Assembly (NCBI GenBank): GCA_913052575.1
Contig: CAJXFK010000003.1
Span: 1,511 to 65,510, forward strand
Direction of reading: 5' to 3'
Length of the DNA stretch: 64,000 nucleotides
Origin: an uncultured Planctomycetaceae bacterium
GTDB taxonomy: Bacteria > Planctomycetota > Planctomycetia > Pirellulales > UBA1268
A program made the translations under genes and the position numbers. Below, piece by piece: positions 1 through 9,606 of the stretch (the first letter of the stretch is position 1; each line of letters starts with the position of its first letter). The notes below the pieces were generated by a model, which was given only the letters and a program-made list of their open reading frames with translations, made no database searches and had not been told where the DNA came from.

Positions 1-792
1 CTTTCGAGGCTTTCTCGTACCACCACCTTTGGCACTTTTCCCTGTCGGGCTAACAGGATGACGACCACCCTTTGTTCTTCCTTCACCACCGCCGTGAGGA
101 TGGTCAATTGGATTCATCGCAGTACCACGGACATGTGGCCGCCTACCCAACCAACGACTTCTCCCGGCCTTACCGAGCCGCACCTTCATGTGCTCTGAAT
201 TTCCAATTGCTCCAACAGTTGCACGACATGCAGCAGGAACACGACGTATCTCACCCGAAGGCAACGAGATCTGTGCCCAACCAGCCTCGCGTGCCATTAA
301 CGTGGCTGATGTGCCTGCTGACCTACAGAGACAACCACCTCGGCCTGGCTGAAGTTCAATGTTATGAATGGTAGTACTCAGGGGAATTGCAGAGAGAGGT
401 AACGAGTTGCCAACTTCTGGACTGGCTTCCGCACCGCTCATGACCGTACCGCCAACCTCGAGGCCATCCGGAGATAAAATAAACCGCTTCTCGCCATCGA
501 TATAATGAATAAGGGCTATGCGGCATGTTCTATTCGGATCGTACTGAACCGAGTGAACCTTGCCGGGGATACCATCTTTGTTTCGACGAAAGTCTATAAG
601 TCGATAATGCTGCTTGTGCCCACCACCACGATGATGAGCAGTAATCTTGCCTTGATTATTACGGCCACCTGTCTTCTTCTTCCGAACACGAAGATTTTTC
701 GGCACTTCGGCGCCTGGAGTCAATTCGACAAAATCCGACACACTCGCCGTGCGGCGTCCGGCACTTGTCGGTTTATAAATTCGAATTCCCAT
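1..792 (-). CDS. rplB: 50S ribosomal protein L2 (3' end cut by window edge)
   Basis: Absent from the ORF track because no stop lies in the window. My own minus-strand translation from the ATG at 790-792 reads [14 protein letters not shown]...[21 protein letters not shown]...[18 protein letters not shown], which carries canonical L2 motifs. It follows L23 as in the S10 operon. Confidence 0.95.
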   Translation of the reverse strand, partial: MGIRIYKPTSAGRRTASVSDFVELTPGAEVPKNLRVRKKKTGGRNNQGKITAHHRGGGHKQHYRLIDFRRNKDGIPGKVHSVQYDPNRTCRIALIHYIDGEKRFILSPDGLEVGGTVMSGAEASPEVGNSLPLSAIPLSTTIHNIELQPGRGGCLCRSAGTSATLMAREAGWAQISLPSGEIRRVPAACRATVGAIGNSEHMKVRLGKAGRSRWLGRRPHVRGTAMNPIDHPHGGGEGRTKGGRHPVSPTGKSAKGGGTRKPRK

Positions 793-871
793 GATCAATA
801 CTTTCCGTCGCTATGTTCTTTATTCAGATAAAGTTAAATCGTGATAATAAAATCCTGCAGTTGCCAAAGGC

Positions 872-1192
872 CTAGAAGAGCGTAATCTTGTCCTCCGCAT
901 TGAGCGTCACAATCGCTTTTTTCCAAGGCTTTGTACTCCCACGTCGCGTTCGGCTACGCCGCATTTTTCCCAACCTATTTTGAACAGCCACCTTACTTAC
1001 CCGTACTTGGAATAGCTCTTCTATCGCGTGGCGAATGTCTGCCTTGCTTGACGCCGTCGCAACTTCGAAAGCATATGCATTATTGCGATTCGCGCGATGC
1101 ATTCCCTTTTCTGTAACCAATGGCCGGATAATGACCTGATGAGGCGCGAGATTGGGATTTAACTTTGGTGCTGGTGGCTTAGGGACTGCCAT
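872..1192 (-). CDS. rplW: 50S ribosomal protein L23
   Basis: 106 aa. Contains IIRPLVTEKG...YAFEV...KADIRHAIEELF.V.V..V, typical of L23. Positioned between L4 and L2. Confidence 0.93.
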   Translation of the reverse strand: MAVPKPPAPKLNPNLAPHQVIIRPLVTEKGMHRANRNNAYAFEVATASSKADIRHAIEELFQVRVSKVAVQNRLGKMRRSRTRRGSTKPWKKAIVTLNAEDKITLF

Positions 1193-1195
1193 AGC

Positions 1196-1930
1196 TTACG
1201 CTCCTTCTTCTTGACTTTGAGTCGCTTTGCGACTCCGTGCAGAAGCTCGCGCGTTAGCACGACCACCTTGTTTGCGAGACGCTTTTGTTCGGTTACCCTC
1301 ACGCACCCGCTTTGTTTCTTCCCGAAAAGCATCAATTGCCGCAGTCGTCATGACAATGGCTCTTGGCTGTAAAATTGAGAGGGCGTTAAGTTCAGTAACG
1401 GGCGAAACCGTAACACCCTGAATATTTCGCGCACTTTTCCAGAGATTACTGTCGTGCGTATCCGAAGAGACCAAGACAGTTTTACCAGCAACACCTAATG
1501 ATTCGAGAGTAGCAGCCATTGAACTGGTCTTGGGAGTTTCGAACTTCAGATTCTCAACCAGCGTAATTTCTTCATCCGCTAGGCGTGCTGCCAATGCCAT
1601 CCGAGTTGCTGACTGAAGTGCTTTTCGCGGCATTCTCCAGCTGAAGTCACGGGGACGTTTGGCAAATATATGACCACCGCCACGACGAACACCACTCCTT
1701 TTAGAACCAGCCCGAGCGTTTCCAGTTCCTTTCTGGCGGTACATTTTTTTTGTTGTACCAGAAACCTCTCCACGACTCTTTGTTCGGAATGTGCCCTGCC
1801 GCAAATTAGCCTGATACATCACAACGGCATCGTGCAACAACTGCTTATTGATTTTAGGAGACAACTCTGAAGGATCGATCTCGTATTTCCCAACTTGCTC
1901 GCCGGCCGAGTTATAGACAGTAAGATTCAT
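1196..1930 (-). CDS. rplD: 50S ribosomal protein L4, with a ~40-aa basic C-terminal extension
   Basis: Contains LLHDAVVMYQANLRQGT..TKSRGEVSGTTKKMYRQKGTGNARAGS.RSG.RRGGG, the L4 core. The ATG overlaps the L3 stop (ATGA at 1927-1930). Confidence 0.93.
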   Translation of the reverse strand: MNLTVYNSAGEQVGKYEIDPSELSPKINKQLLHDAVVMYQANLRQGTFRTKSRGEVSGTTKKMYRQKGTGNARAGSKRSGVRRGGGHIFAKRPRDFSWRMPRKALQSATRMALAARLADEEITLVENLKFETPKTSSMAATLESLGVAGKTVLVSSDTHDSNLWKSARNIQGVTVSPVTELNALSILQPRAIVMTTAAIDAFREETKRVREGNRTKASRKQGGRANARASARSRKATQSQEEGA

Positions 1931-2754
1931 TTCGCACCCTTCTTCTTCAAAGTAGGCGTTCCAACTCCACCCGAACGCTTCACTTTATTGGTTTGTCGAA
2001 CCACGACATAACCACCGTTTGGACCAGGTACCGCGCCCCGCACTATCAGCAGGTTTCGATCATTGTCGATATTCACAAGACGAAGGTTTCTCATCGTGGA
2101 ACGCTCATTCCCGAAACGCCCGGCCATCTTCTTGCCCTTGAAAAGGCGTCCAGGTGACTGGCACATCCCAGTACCACCCTGATGACGATGCACTTTTTTC
2201 ACGCCATGAGTTGCCCGCTGGCCGGCAAAACCGTGACGTTTCATCACGCCTGCAGTTCCTCGGCCCTTCGTCACACCAATAACGTCAACCGCGTCGCATC
2301 CCTCAAACACAGAAACGGTGATTTTCTGACCGACGTCAGCTTTTGTTTCATCTCGAAATTCTCGAACAAATCGCTGCGGTTCGCAGTCCGCCTTGGCCAC
2401 CATTTCAATCCCAGCAAGACCTCGCCTTTTTGCCCGCTTACTGTCGAGTTTTACAACCTGACCGCGTACAGAGCGACTCGCCAAACGGCGAGGTTTATCC
2501 CGGTAGCCAACCTGAATGGCATCGTAGCCATCACGATCAGCAGAACGGGACAGAAGCACTGTGCAGGGCCCCGCTTCAATGACGGTTACCGGAACGACAT
2601 TACCGTCCTCAGTAAAAATTTGGGTCATCCCAACCTTGCGACCAAGAAGGCCTTTTCGATTCATCTCAACGGGCTCAGATGCCTCAGCAACCACAGGCGC
2701 CTCGTTTTCAGACTGGCTGTCAGCCGTCTCATCTTTTTGATTTTCGGTTGCCAT
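1927..2754 (-). CDS. rplC: 50S ribosomal protein L3, with an acidic N-terminal extension
   Basis: GLLGRKVGMTQIF...VTVIEAGPC...VTKGRGTAGVMKRHGF is the L3 core. The ORF is open to 2820, but the ATG at 2752-2754 (MATENQKD...) is the more plausible start. Confidence 0.9.
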   Translation of the reverse strand: MATENQKDETADSQSENEAPVVAEASEPVEMNRKGLLGRKVGMTQIFTEDGNVVPVTVIEAGPCTVLLSRSADRDGYDAIQVGYRDKPRRLASRSVRGQVVKLDSKRAKRRGLAGIEMVAKADCEPQRFVREFRDETKADVGQKITVSVFEGCDAVDVIGVTKGRGTAGVMKRHGFAGQRATHGVKKVHRHQGGTGMCQSPGRLFKGKKMAGRFGNERSTMRNLRLVNIDNDRNLLIVRGAVPGPNGGYVVVRQTNKVKRSGGVGTPTLKKKGAK

Positions 2755-2958
2755 ATTTTTTCGCTGTGTATTCCCTGCCGGCAAAAGCCAGCAGTAGAAC
2801 TCCGTCACACCTGAAGCCACTTAGCTGTGGGAGAAGTCGGTTCCCTTCGACTCTTACCCACCAAGCCTTCCAAGCATGAACATTGCGCTCCTAGTTTGCG
2901 TTTTCTTTACCCTCGAAACCCGCAGGTTTCACTCTAAATCTTCCTTCAACTCAACAAA

Positions 2959-3285
2959 TTATGACGACGAAGCCTTAATCTTGATATCTACACCCGCAGG
3001 GAGACTCAGTTTATTAAGAGCCTCAATTGTTTTTGCCGTGGCCTGAACAATATCGACAACTCGCTTGTGTGTTCGAATTTCGTACTGTTGGCGAGCCTTT
3101 TTATCAACATGTGGCCCGGAAAGCACCGTGTAACGCTCGATACGTGTTGGGAGTGGTATCGGACCATGCACCTCGGAGTTTGTTCGCTTTGCCGTATCGA
3201 CGATTTCGGCTGCACTCTGATCGAGCACTGCATGGTCGTACGCTTCCATTCGAATACGAATTATTTCCTGCGTCGACGCAGCCAC
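2959..3285 (-). CDS. rpsJ: 30S ribosomal protein S10
   Basis: [27 protein letters not shown]...[36 protein letters not shown] start at 3283-3285 with GAGGAA/TGGAG upstream. Confidence 0.95.
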   Translation of the reverse strand: MAASTQEIIRIRMEAYDHAVLDQSAAEIVDTAKRTNSEVHGPIPLPTRIERYTVLSGPHVDKKARQQYEIRTHKRVVDIVQATAKTIEALNKLSLPAGVDIKIKASSS

Positions 3286-3397
3286 GGCACAACTCCAATT
3301 CCTCAGAACATTATCAAGCTAACTACACACTGCTACCACTTTTCCACTCATAATTACGTGAAAAAGTGACATCAACGAAACAGTCAACAGAACTTAA

Positions 3398-3417
3398 ATT
3401 GCCGCTGAAACGGCAAT
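3398..3417 (-). terminator. Terminator-like hairpin inside the putative S10 leader (candidate attenuator)
   Basis: The minus strand reads ATTGCCG-TTTCAG-CGGCAAT, a 7-bp perfect stem, followed by TTTAAGTT. It lies between the candidate promoter (3474-3502) and the rpsJ start. Confidence 0.3.
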
Positions 3418-3473
3418 ATCCACCTCGACCCAGCCCAATAAAGAATTAGAGGCCGCCTCTGGTAGAACCTCGA

Positions 3474-3502
3474 AATGTAAGATGGCGAGGTGGAGATGTC
3501 AA
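3474..3502 (-). promoter_or_regulatory. Candidate sigma-70 promoter for the S10 operon
   Basis: The minus strand reads TTGACA-(17 nt)-TACATT, with -35 at 3497-3502 and -10 at 3474-3479. This is about 190 nt upstream of the rpsJ start. Confidence 0.35.
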
Positions 3503-3551
3503 CACGCCACCCTCTTTTCCGAGGTATTTGCCGCACAGGCAACTCATCACG

Positions 3552-5663
3552 TCAGACGAATGACTCAGCGGTTTCTGCAGGTGCCGGTCCGTACTTCAGT
3601 GGTGCCATTGTGAAACTCGCCCTGCCCTGACTTACACTTCGAACAGCTGCCGAATAGCCAAACATCCCTGCAAGCGGAGCTTCGACTGTCAAAATATTCA
3701 TGCCGCTGCGAATTTCAGTTGCTGTAATAATCGATCGCCGCTGCTGAAGATCGTTAATCACATCACCTAAATGCTCCTCCGGAACGCTCACCTCAACCCG
3801 CATAACTGGCTCAAGCAGGACCGTACCAGCTGTTGATAGCATTTTTTCGATGCTATCAGCGGCTGCTATACGAATTGCAACATCTGTTGGAAGTGGCTCA
3901 GGAACTGTTGTTTCAAGTACCGAAATTCGAACTCCCCAAAGTGGACATCCTTTGAGACCACCTCGTTCAGCACTCTCTCGCACAGATTCCGTCATTATCC
4001 GTGCAACTTCAGCGAGTGGTTCTGATTCTGGGAACCACCCTTGTTCGATGGTCACGCCAGATTGTTGGCCCGTTGGCTCAGCAGCGATCGTGACCGTGGC
4101 CTCAAGTGTCTGACCCGCTACCTGCCGGTTCGATTCACCCTTTACGCGAACAGCTTGCTTAAGCGTTTCTTTGTAACTGACACGAGGCTTATGAACTCGA
4201 CAATGGAGGTTAAATTCTCGTTTTAGACGATGACGGATAACCTCGAGGTGTAATTCCCCCATTCCTGAGATGAGTGTTTGCCCAGTCTCTTCGCTCTCAA
4301 TTGCCCGAAACGTCGGATCCTGTCGCTTCATCATTTCGAGAGTTTCAGAGAGCTTTTTTCTTTCGAGGCTTGTCTCTGGCTCAATCGCCATCGAAATAAC
4401 TGTTTCCGGAAACTCGATCGACTCCAACACAATCGGGGACTGCGCATCACAGAGCGTATCTCCCGTCACACTTTGCCTTGGACCAATCACCCCAACGATG
4501 TCGCCTGCCGAACAGGAGGCTACCTGTTCTCGGCGGTCAGCCTGAACGTGCCAGAGTTGCGCTATGTTTTCCTTCCTCTGCCTTTCCGGATTCCAAGCTC
4601 GACTTCCAGCTTTCAAAGTCCCCGAATACACCCTCAGGAAGGCGATATCTCCATGTTTCTCAGCCAATATCTTAAAAACCAATCCACAGAAAGGAGCATC
4701 TGGATCTGGAGGCCTTTGAATCGGGAAAGGATCTTTTTTCTTCGGATCTAAACCCTCAACAGGTGGTACATCTACCGGACTCGGCAGATACCAGGTGACG
4801 GCATCAAGCACAGGCTGGACACCAATACAATCGAGGGCTGATCCCGCCAACACCGGGATAACCTTGCGAGCGAGTGTCGCTTTACGAACAGTGTCTCGCA
4901 TGAGTTCTACTGGTATTTTTGATTCAGCGATTGCTAATTCTGCTAAGTCATCCGAGTAATCAAACAGCGTTGAAACGAGTTGCTCTCTCCACTCGCTGGC
5001 TTCCACTTCTAATTCTGGCGGAATTGCACTGCGAGTTGGCTCAACCGTTGCCGCTGCACCACTGAGCACCTCATCCTTCGGCGGAAATGTAAGGACTTCC
5101 ATCGTGATTAAATCAACGATCCCACGGAACGGATTACTCACATGCGGCGGCCCAAGTCCTACAGGAATCTGCAACAACAGAGGCTCTGCTTTGAGCCGCT
5201 CACGAATTTGATCGACTGTCCCAAAAAAACTTGCACCCTCACGATCAAGCTTGTTGATAAGAACCATACGGGGAACTGTATATCGGTCTGCCTGTCGCCA
5301 CACAGTCTCGCTCTGTGCCTCCACCCCTTCTCGTGCTGAAAGCACGACAACCGCACCATCGAGAACCCGAAGACTACGTTCAACTTCTGCTGTGAAGTCA
5401 ACGTGGCCTGGTGTATCGATTAGATTTACGACAACATCTCGCCACGGAAAAGAAACCGCAGCTGAGTAAATCGTGATACCTCGCTCTTGCTCTTCGGGAT
5501 CAAAGTCTGTCACGGTTGTGCCTTGATCAACATCCCCCAATCGGTGAATTGCTTTTGTAAAAAAAAGCATTCTCTCAGTGAGAGTTGTTTTACCGGCATC
5601 GATATGAGCAATGATGCCTATATTTCGAATCTGCTGAATTGATTTGCTGGGAACACGGGACAT
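3552..5663 (-). CDS. fusA: Elongation factor G family translational GTPase (possibly a paralogue; domain IV atypical)
   Basis: 703 aa. Carries NIGIIAHIDAGKTTLTERML, EEQERGITI, DTPGHVDF, NKLDR, GSAL..IGVQPVLDAV..YLPSP and a C-terminal MFGY...S.GRASFTM. See the findings for the divergence. Confidence 0.85.
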   Translation of the reverse strand: MSRVPSKSIQQIRNIGIIAHIDAGKTTLTERMLFFTKAIHRLGDVDQGTTVTDFDPEEQERGITIYSAAVSFPWRDVVVNLIDTPGHVDFTAEVERSLRVLDGAVVVLSAREGVEAQSETVWRQADRYTVPRMVLINKLDREGASFFGTVDQIRERLKAEPLLLQIPVGLGPPHVSNPFRGIVDLITMEVLTFPPKDEVLSGAAATVEPTRSAIPPELEVEASEWREQLVSTLFDYSDDLAELAIAESKIPVELMRDTVRKATLARKVIPVLAGSALDCIGVQPVLDAVTWYLPSPVDVPPVEGLDPKKKDPFPIQRPPDPDAPFCGLVFKILAEKHGDIAFLRVYSGTLKAGSRAWNPERQRKENIAQLWHVQADRREQVASCSAGDIVGVIGPRQSVTGDTLCDAQSPIVLESIEFPETVISMAIEPETSLERKKLSETLEMMKRQDPTFRAIESEETGQTLISGMGELHLEVIRHRLKREFNLHCRVHKPRVSYKETLKQAVRVKGESNRQVAGQTLEATVTIAAEPTGQQSGVTIEQGWFPESEPLAEVARIMTESVRESAERGGLKGCPLWGVRISVLETTVPEPLPTDVAIRIAAADSIEKMLSTAGTVLLEPVMRVEVSVPEEHLGDVINDLQQRRSIITATEIRSGMNILTVEAPLAGMFGYSAAVRSVSQGRASFTMAPLKYGPAPAETAESFV

Positions 5664-5729
5664 ATGACTGACGCACTACTCGCTGAAGGAATACAATGTC
5701 GAGGAAACGGGGGCGATCCGAGCCTGTCG

Positions 5730-5759
5730 GTTAGACTGGGACTGATAGACAAGTCTAAC
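5730..5759. repeat. Perfect 8-bp inverted repeat in the divergent EF-G/cstA intergenic region
   Basis: GTTAGACT-(14 nt)-AGTCTAAC. Confidence 0.5.
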
Positions 5760-5817
5760 TGCCACAGCCAAACCTTGTGTATGACTTTTTTATTCAGGAA
5801 TTGCAGTCGTTAAACAT

Positions 5818-7707
5818 ATGACGGTACTACTTATTCTTATCGCGGCTGTCCTGTCTCTTGCCTGTGGCTACATCGTTTACGGACGGTGGCTGGCGACAAG
5901 ACTGTTTGTATTAGACCCCACGTTCGTTGTGCCAAGTATTGAGTTGCAGGACGATCACGATTTTGTACCAACACCAGTCCCGATCGTTTTCGGACACCAC
6001 TTCACGAGTATTGCCGGAACAGGGCCCATTGTAGGCCCTGCGCTCGCGATTATGTGGGGCTGGGGGCCGGCCCTTGTCTGGGTCATTCTTGGCTCAATTT
6101 TCATTGGTGGTATGCACGACATGGCCGTTCTAGTGGTTAGTCTTCGGAATCGAGGGATGACTATTGGTGAGATTGCCGGCCGACTGCTTAACCCTCGAGT
6201 TCGACTCCTGTTTTTAGTCCTTCTTCTCTTTGCCCTCTGGGTTGTCTTAGCAATCTTTGGATGGGTTATTGCAAGCGTCTTTGTCCAGTTCCCTGAGGCA
6301 ATTCTTCCTGTATTCCTTCAGATTCCAATCGCAGTCTTTATCGGGACGCAGGTACACCGTCGCGGCCGTAACCTGCGAGTGCCATGCCTTGTGGCATTAG
6401 CTTTGATGTACGCTACGGTTTGGCTTGGAGCCGGCTGCCCTGGTACCACTTGGACAGGCGGTTGGTTTGGTGGACTCATACAAGAAGTCAATTATTCCAT
6501 CGCAGCTTGGCCAATATGGCTCTGGATAGCGATCCTTTTAACCTACTGTTACCTCGCGAGCGTTCTTCCTGTGTGGACCCTTCTACAACCGAGGGATTTT
6601 ATCAACAGTTTGCAGTTACTTTCGAGCCTTGGGTTAGTGGTTTTAGGTCTCGTAGTAACAACGACGATTGGGGCCGGCCCTGTTTCCTCGAGTCAAAACG
6701 CTCCGGCACTTACGATGTTTGCTCCATTTATTGATTTTAGTCCACAAAACGCGCCACCTATCTTCCCATTCCTTTTTGTCACAATCGCGTGCGGCGCAGT
6801 CAGCGGATTTCACTGTCTCGTAAGCTCCGGAACCTCGAGCAAGCAACTCCAATGCGAAACCAATGCATGTGCAGTTGGATACGGCTCGATGCTACTCGAA
6901 GGATTCCTCGCAGTTCTGGTCATCATTGCAGTTGGAGGCGGAATTGGCCTCGGATGGCCAGAAGAATACCCGGGGCTATCAGGAACGCAGCTCTGGCACG
7001 CCTTATATTCTGATTGGAAAGATGTCACTGGAGGTAAGGCAATTGCAGCATTTGTGGTTGGTTCAGGAAATTTTCTTGAAGCGCTTGGTATGAGCGCAAA
7101 GATGTCCCGTGCGCTCATCGGGGTATTAGTTGCAAGCTTTGCTGGCACAACGCTCGATACTGCCACGCGATTACAGCGATACGTTGTGCAAGAACTTTCA
7201 GGCACTCTTCTGAAAAGAGTTCCCGTATCGCTGGGGACTCAACCTCTTCGATGGCTCACCACGACTCATGGCGCCACACTGTTTGCTGTAATCACAGCAT
7301 TTTGTCTCGCCATGCTTCCCGCACCAGGAAAAGGCTGGTCACTCGAGACTATTGGAACAGGCGGACTAATTTTATGGCCTTTATTCGGAGCAACAAATCA
7401 GTTGCTCGCCGGACTGTCGCTCCTTGTCGTAAGCTTCTACCTTCGAAGACGGAAGCTGCCTACATGGATTGCAGGTCTTCCGATGATTTTCATGCTCGTA
7501 ATGCCAGCATGGGCTTTCGTTTATAACATCCAGATCTGGCTATCCGGCGGAAGTTTTGGGCTGGTCATCGTGGCTCTCGTCATGCTTGCTATCGAGATTT
7601 GGTTGATTATTGAGGGCATCATCCTCTGGGGTCAGATCCAAGGGGTTTTAGAACAACCACTCGAAAGAATACCGACAGTATCACAACGAAGTGACGATCT
7701 CACGTGA
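5818..7707 (+). CDS. cstA: Carbon starvation protein CstA family (peptide/pyruvate transporter)
   Basis: 629 aa and polytopic. The N-terminus reads ...VPTPVPIVFGHHFTSIAGTGPIVGPALA..WGWGPALVWVILGSIFIGGMHD, characteristic of CstA. Confidence 0.85.
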   Translation: MTVLLILIAAVLSLACGYIVYGRWLATRLFVLDPTFVVPSIELQDDHDFVPTPVPIVFGHHFTSIAGTGPIVGPALAIMWGWGPALVWVILGSIFIGGMHDMAVLVVSLRNRGMTIGEIAGRLLNPRVRLLFLVLLLFALWVVLAIFGWVIASVFVQFPEAILPVFLQIPIAVFIGTQVHRRGRNLRVPCLVALALMYATVWLGAGCPGTTWTGGWFGGLIQEVNYSIAAWPIWLWIAILLTYCYLASVLPVWTLLQPRDFINSLQLLSSLGLVVLGLVVTTTIGAGPVSSSQNAPALTMFAPFIDFSPQNAPPIFPFLFVTIACGAVSGFHCLVSSGTSSKQLQCETNACAVGYGSMLLEGFLAVLVIIAVGGGIGLGWPEEYPGLSGTQLWHALYSDWKDVTGGKAIAAFVVGSGNFLEALGMSAKMSRALIGVLVASFAGTTLDTATRLQRYVVQELSGTLLKRVPVSLGTQPLRWLTTTHGATLFAVITAFCLAMLPAPGKGWSLETIGTGGLILWPLFGATNQLLAGLSLLVVSFYLRRRKLPTWIAGLPMIFMLVMPAWAFVYNIQIWLSGGSFGLVIVALVMLAIEIWLIIEGIILWGQIQGVLEQPLERIPTVSQRSDDLT

Positions 7708-7716
7708 GGCCGTAGC

Positions 7717-9606
7717 CTACATCTGATTTGGGACTCGAATGCTGAGCAACTCCATTCCCTGGCGTAAAGTACGCCCGGTAAGGTCACATAAAACCAGCCG
7801 TGTTGTACGCTGGCTTCCCTCTGCCTTCAGTACAGAGAGAGCATCATAGAAGCTTGAAAAACAACTTGCTAATTCGTAAAGCCACGATGTCATTACATTT
7901 GGCCGGTAGTCAATTTCCACATCCTCAAGTACCGCACCAAACTTTAATACAGTGAGGGCGAGCCTTCGTTCCAATGGATCTGAGAACTTCAGAATTGACG
8001 AATCCTTGCTTATCTCTTGATGAAGGAGTTTACGATCAACGCCACCCCGATTCACAATGCCTTCAACGCGTGCTACGGCATACTGCATGTACGCCGCAGT
8101 ATTCCCTTTCAACTCCAGCATCTTGTCAAAACTAAATACATAATCAGTGGTTCTGTTCTGCGATAAGTCAGCGTACTTTATGGCACCGATCCCAACAGCC
8201 TCGGCTACCTCTTGCCGCTTCGCATCATTCATTCCCTGCCGAGCCTGCTCGCCCTCCCCAACGACACGTCCTGCCCGCTCGACCCCTTCATCAAGCAGCG
8301 CTTCCAGCCCAACAGCATCTCCAACCCTTGTTTTGAAAGGCTTCCCGTCTTCCCCAAGAACCGTACCGAAGGCCACATGCACTAAATCTGTTTTCGAAAG
8401 CTGCTCGTCCGACCGACAGCCCCATGCTCGGGCCGTTGCAAATACCTGCTGGAAATGCTGGCTTTGACGGTGATCCACAATGTACAAAATTCGATCCGGC
8501 TTCCAGTGTTCGGCACGCCAAGCAAGAGTTGCAAGATCTGTTGTCGCATATAGAAAGGCTCCATCTGCTTTCTGAACTAAAAGCGGTGATTCGTATCCAT
8601 CGAGAAAAACACCTACGGCACCCCGGCTCTCGCGCGCTATACCACTCGAAGTAAGATCTTTTACGACACCCGCGAGGAGTGGCTGATAAAAGCTTTCTCC
8701 CATCGTATGATCAAATGCAACATCTAATCGCCCGTATATCCGCTCAATCTCTTCACGACAAACTGGCATAAACTGCTCCCAGAGTCGCCTGTTTTCGGAA
8801 TCACCTTCATGCAACTTTGCAGTTTCAGCGAGAACTTCACGTCGCGCATTCGGATACTTTTCAGCGAGTCCTGCCGCAATCGAGTCCTGTGCCAATTCTT
8901 TCGGGTCGGAATCAACAACCTTACGCACCAAACGGTAAAGCCTTCCCAACTCTTGTGTTGGAGTTTCTCGATATGCTGTCTCGTCACGGCAACGCTTCCA
9001 ACCCCAGAGAATCATCCCGAATTGCGTCCCCCAATCACCAAGATGATTATCTGTAATCACAATGTGCCCACGAAACCTCAAAATACGTGAAATTGCATCA
9101 CCGATCACAGTCGACCGAATGTGCCCAACATGCATTGGCTTGGCAACATTCGGCGATGAGTAGTCAAGCACGATCGTCTGTGGCTGAGTAACCTTTGGAA
9201 CACCCAGTTGAGAATCGAGGCAGGCTATCCTCAAGCCCTCAGCAAGAGCCTGGTCACGCACACGTACATTGATGAATCCTGGGCCAATTGGAGCACTTAT
9301 TGGTTCGAATTTCTTCTCAAACAATTGATGCTGATTGATTCGCAAAATTAATTCGCTAGCCAAATCTCGTGGCTTTACTCCCAACTTTTTAGCTAACGAC
9401 ATAGCAAGAGTTGCCGTAAAGTCTCCGAACTTCGAATCCGCCGTTTCACGCACCTGCTCAAGCAGCCCTGGTATTTCGTCCAGTGAAATTTTTATATCAC
9501 CTGTAGCAATCGATTGCTCAAGAACATTAGCGAGTACATCACGAAAAATTTGCCGAAAGTTTGTAGCATGTTTTTCTTTTGACGATGAATTTATGGGTTC
9601 AGACAT
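7717..9606 (-). CDS. argS: Arginine--tRNA ligase
   Basis: 629 aa. DYSSPNVAKPMHVGHIRSTVIGDA is the class I HIGH-type motif in an ArgRS context. Also has ITDNHLGDWGTQFG and a C-terminal anticodon-binding-like region ending in M. Confidence 0.9.
   Translation of the reverse strand: MSEPINSSSKEKHATNFRQIFRDVLANVLEQSIATGDIKISLDEIPGLLEQVRETADSKFGDFTATLAMSLAKKLGVKPRDLASELILRINQHQLFEKKFEPISAPIGPGFINVRVRDQALAEGLRIACLDSQLGVPKVTQPQTIVLDYSSPNVAKPMHVGHIRSTVIGDAISRILRFRGHIVITDNHLGDWGTQFGMILWGWKRCRDETAYRETPTQELGRLYRLVRKVVDSDPKELAQDSIAAGLAEKYPNARREVLAETAKLHEGDSENRRLWEQFMPVCREEIERIYGRLDVAFDHTMGESFYQPLLAGVVKDLTSSGIARESRGAVGVFLDGYESPLLVQKADGAFLYATTDLATLAWRAEHWKPDRILYIVDHRQSQHFQQVFATARAWGCRSDEQLSKTDLVHVAFGTVLGEDGKPFKTRVGDAVGLEALLDEGVERAGRVVGEGEQARQGMNDAKRQEVAEAVGIGAIKYADLSQNRTTDYVFSFDKMLELKGNTAAYMQYAVARVEGIVNRGGVDRKLLHQEISKDSSILKFSDPLERRLALTVLKFGAVLEDVEIDYRPNVMTSWLYELASCFSSFYDALSVLKAEGSQRTTRLVLCDLTGRTLRQGMELLSIRVPNQM

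Noticed and set aside
72-831. Plus-strand ORFs at 72-374 and 505-831 at the window start.
   Set aside because: The minus strand here encodes an unmistakable L2 protein, so the plus-strand ORFs are shadows.
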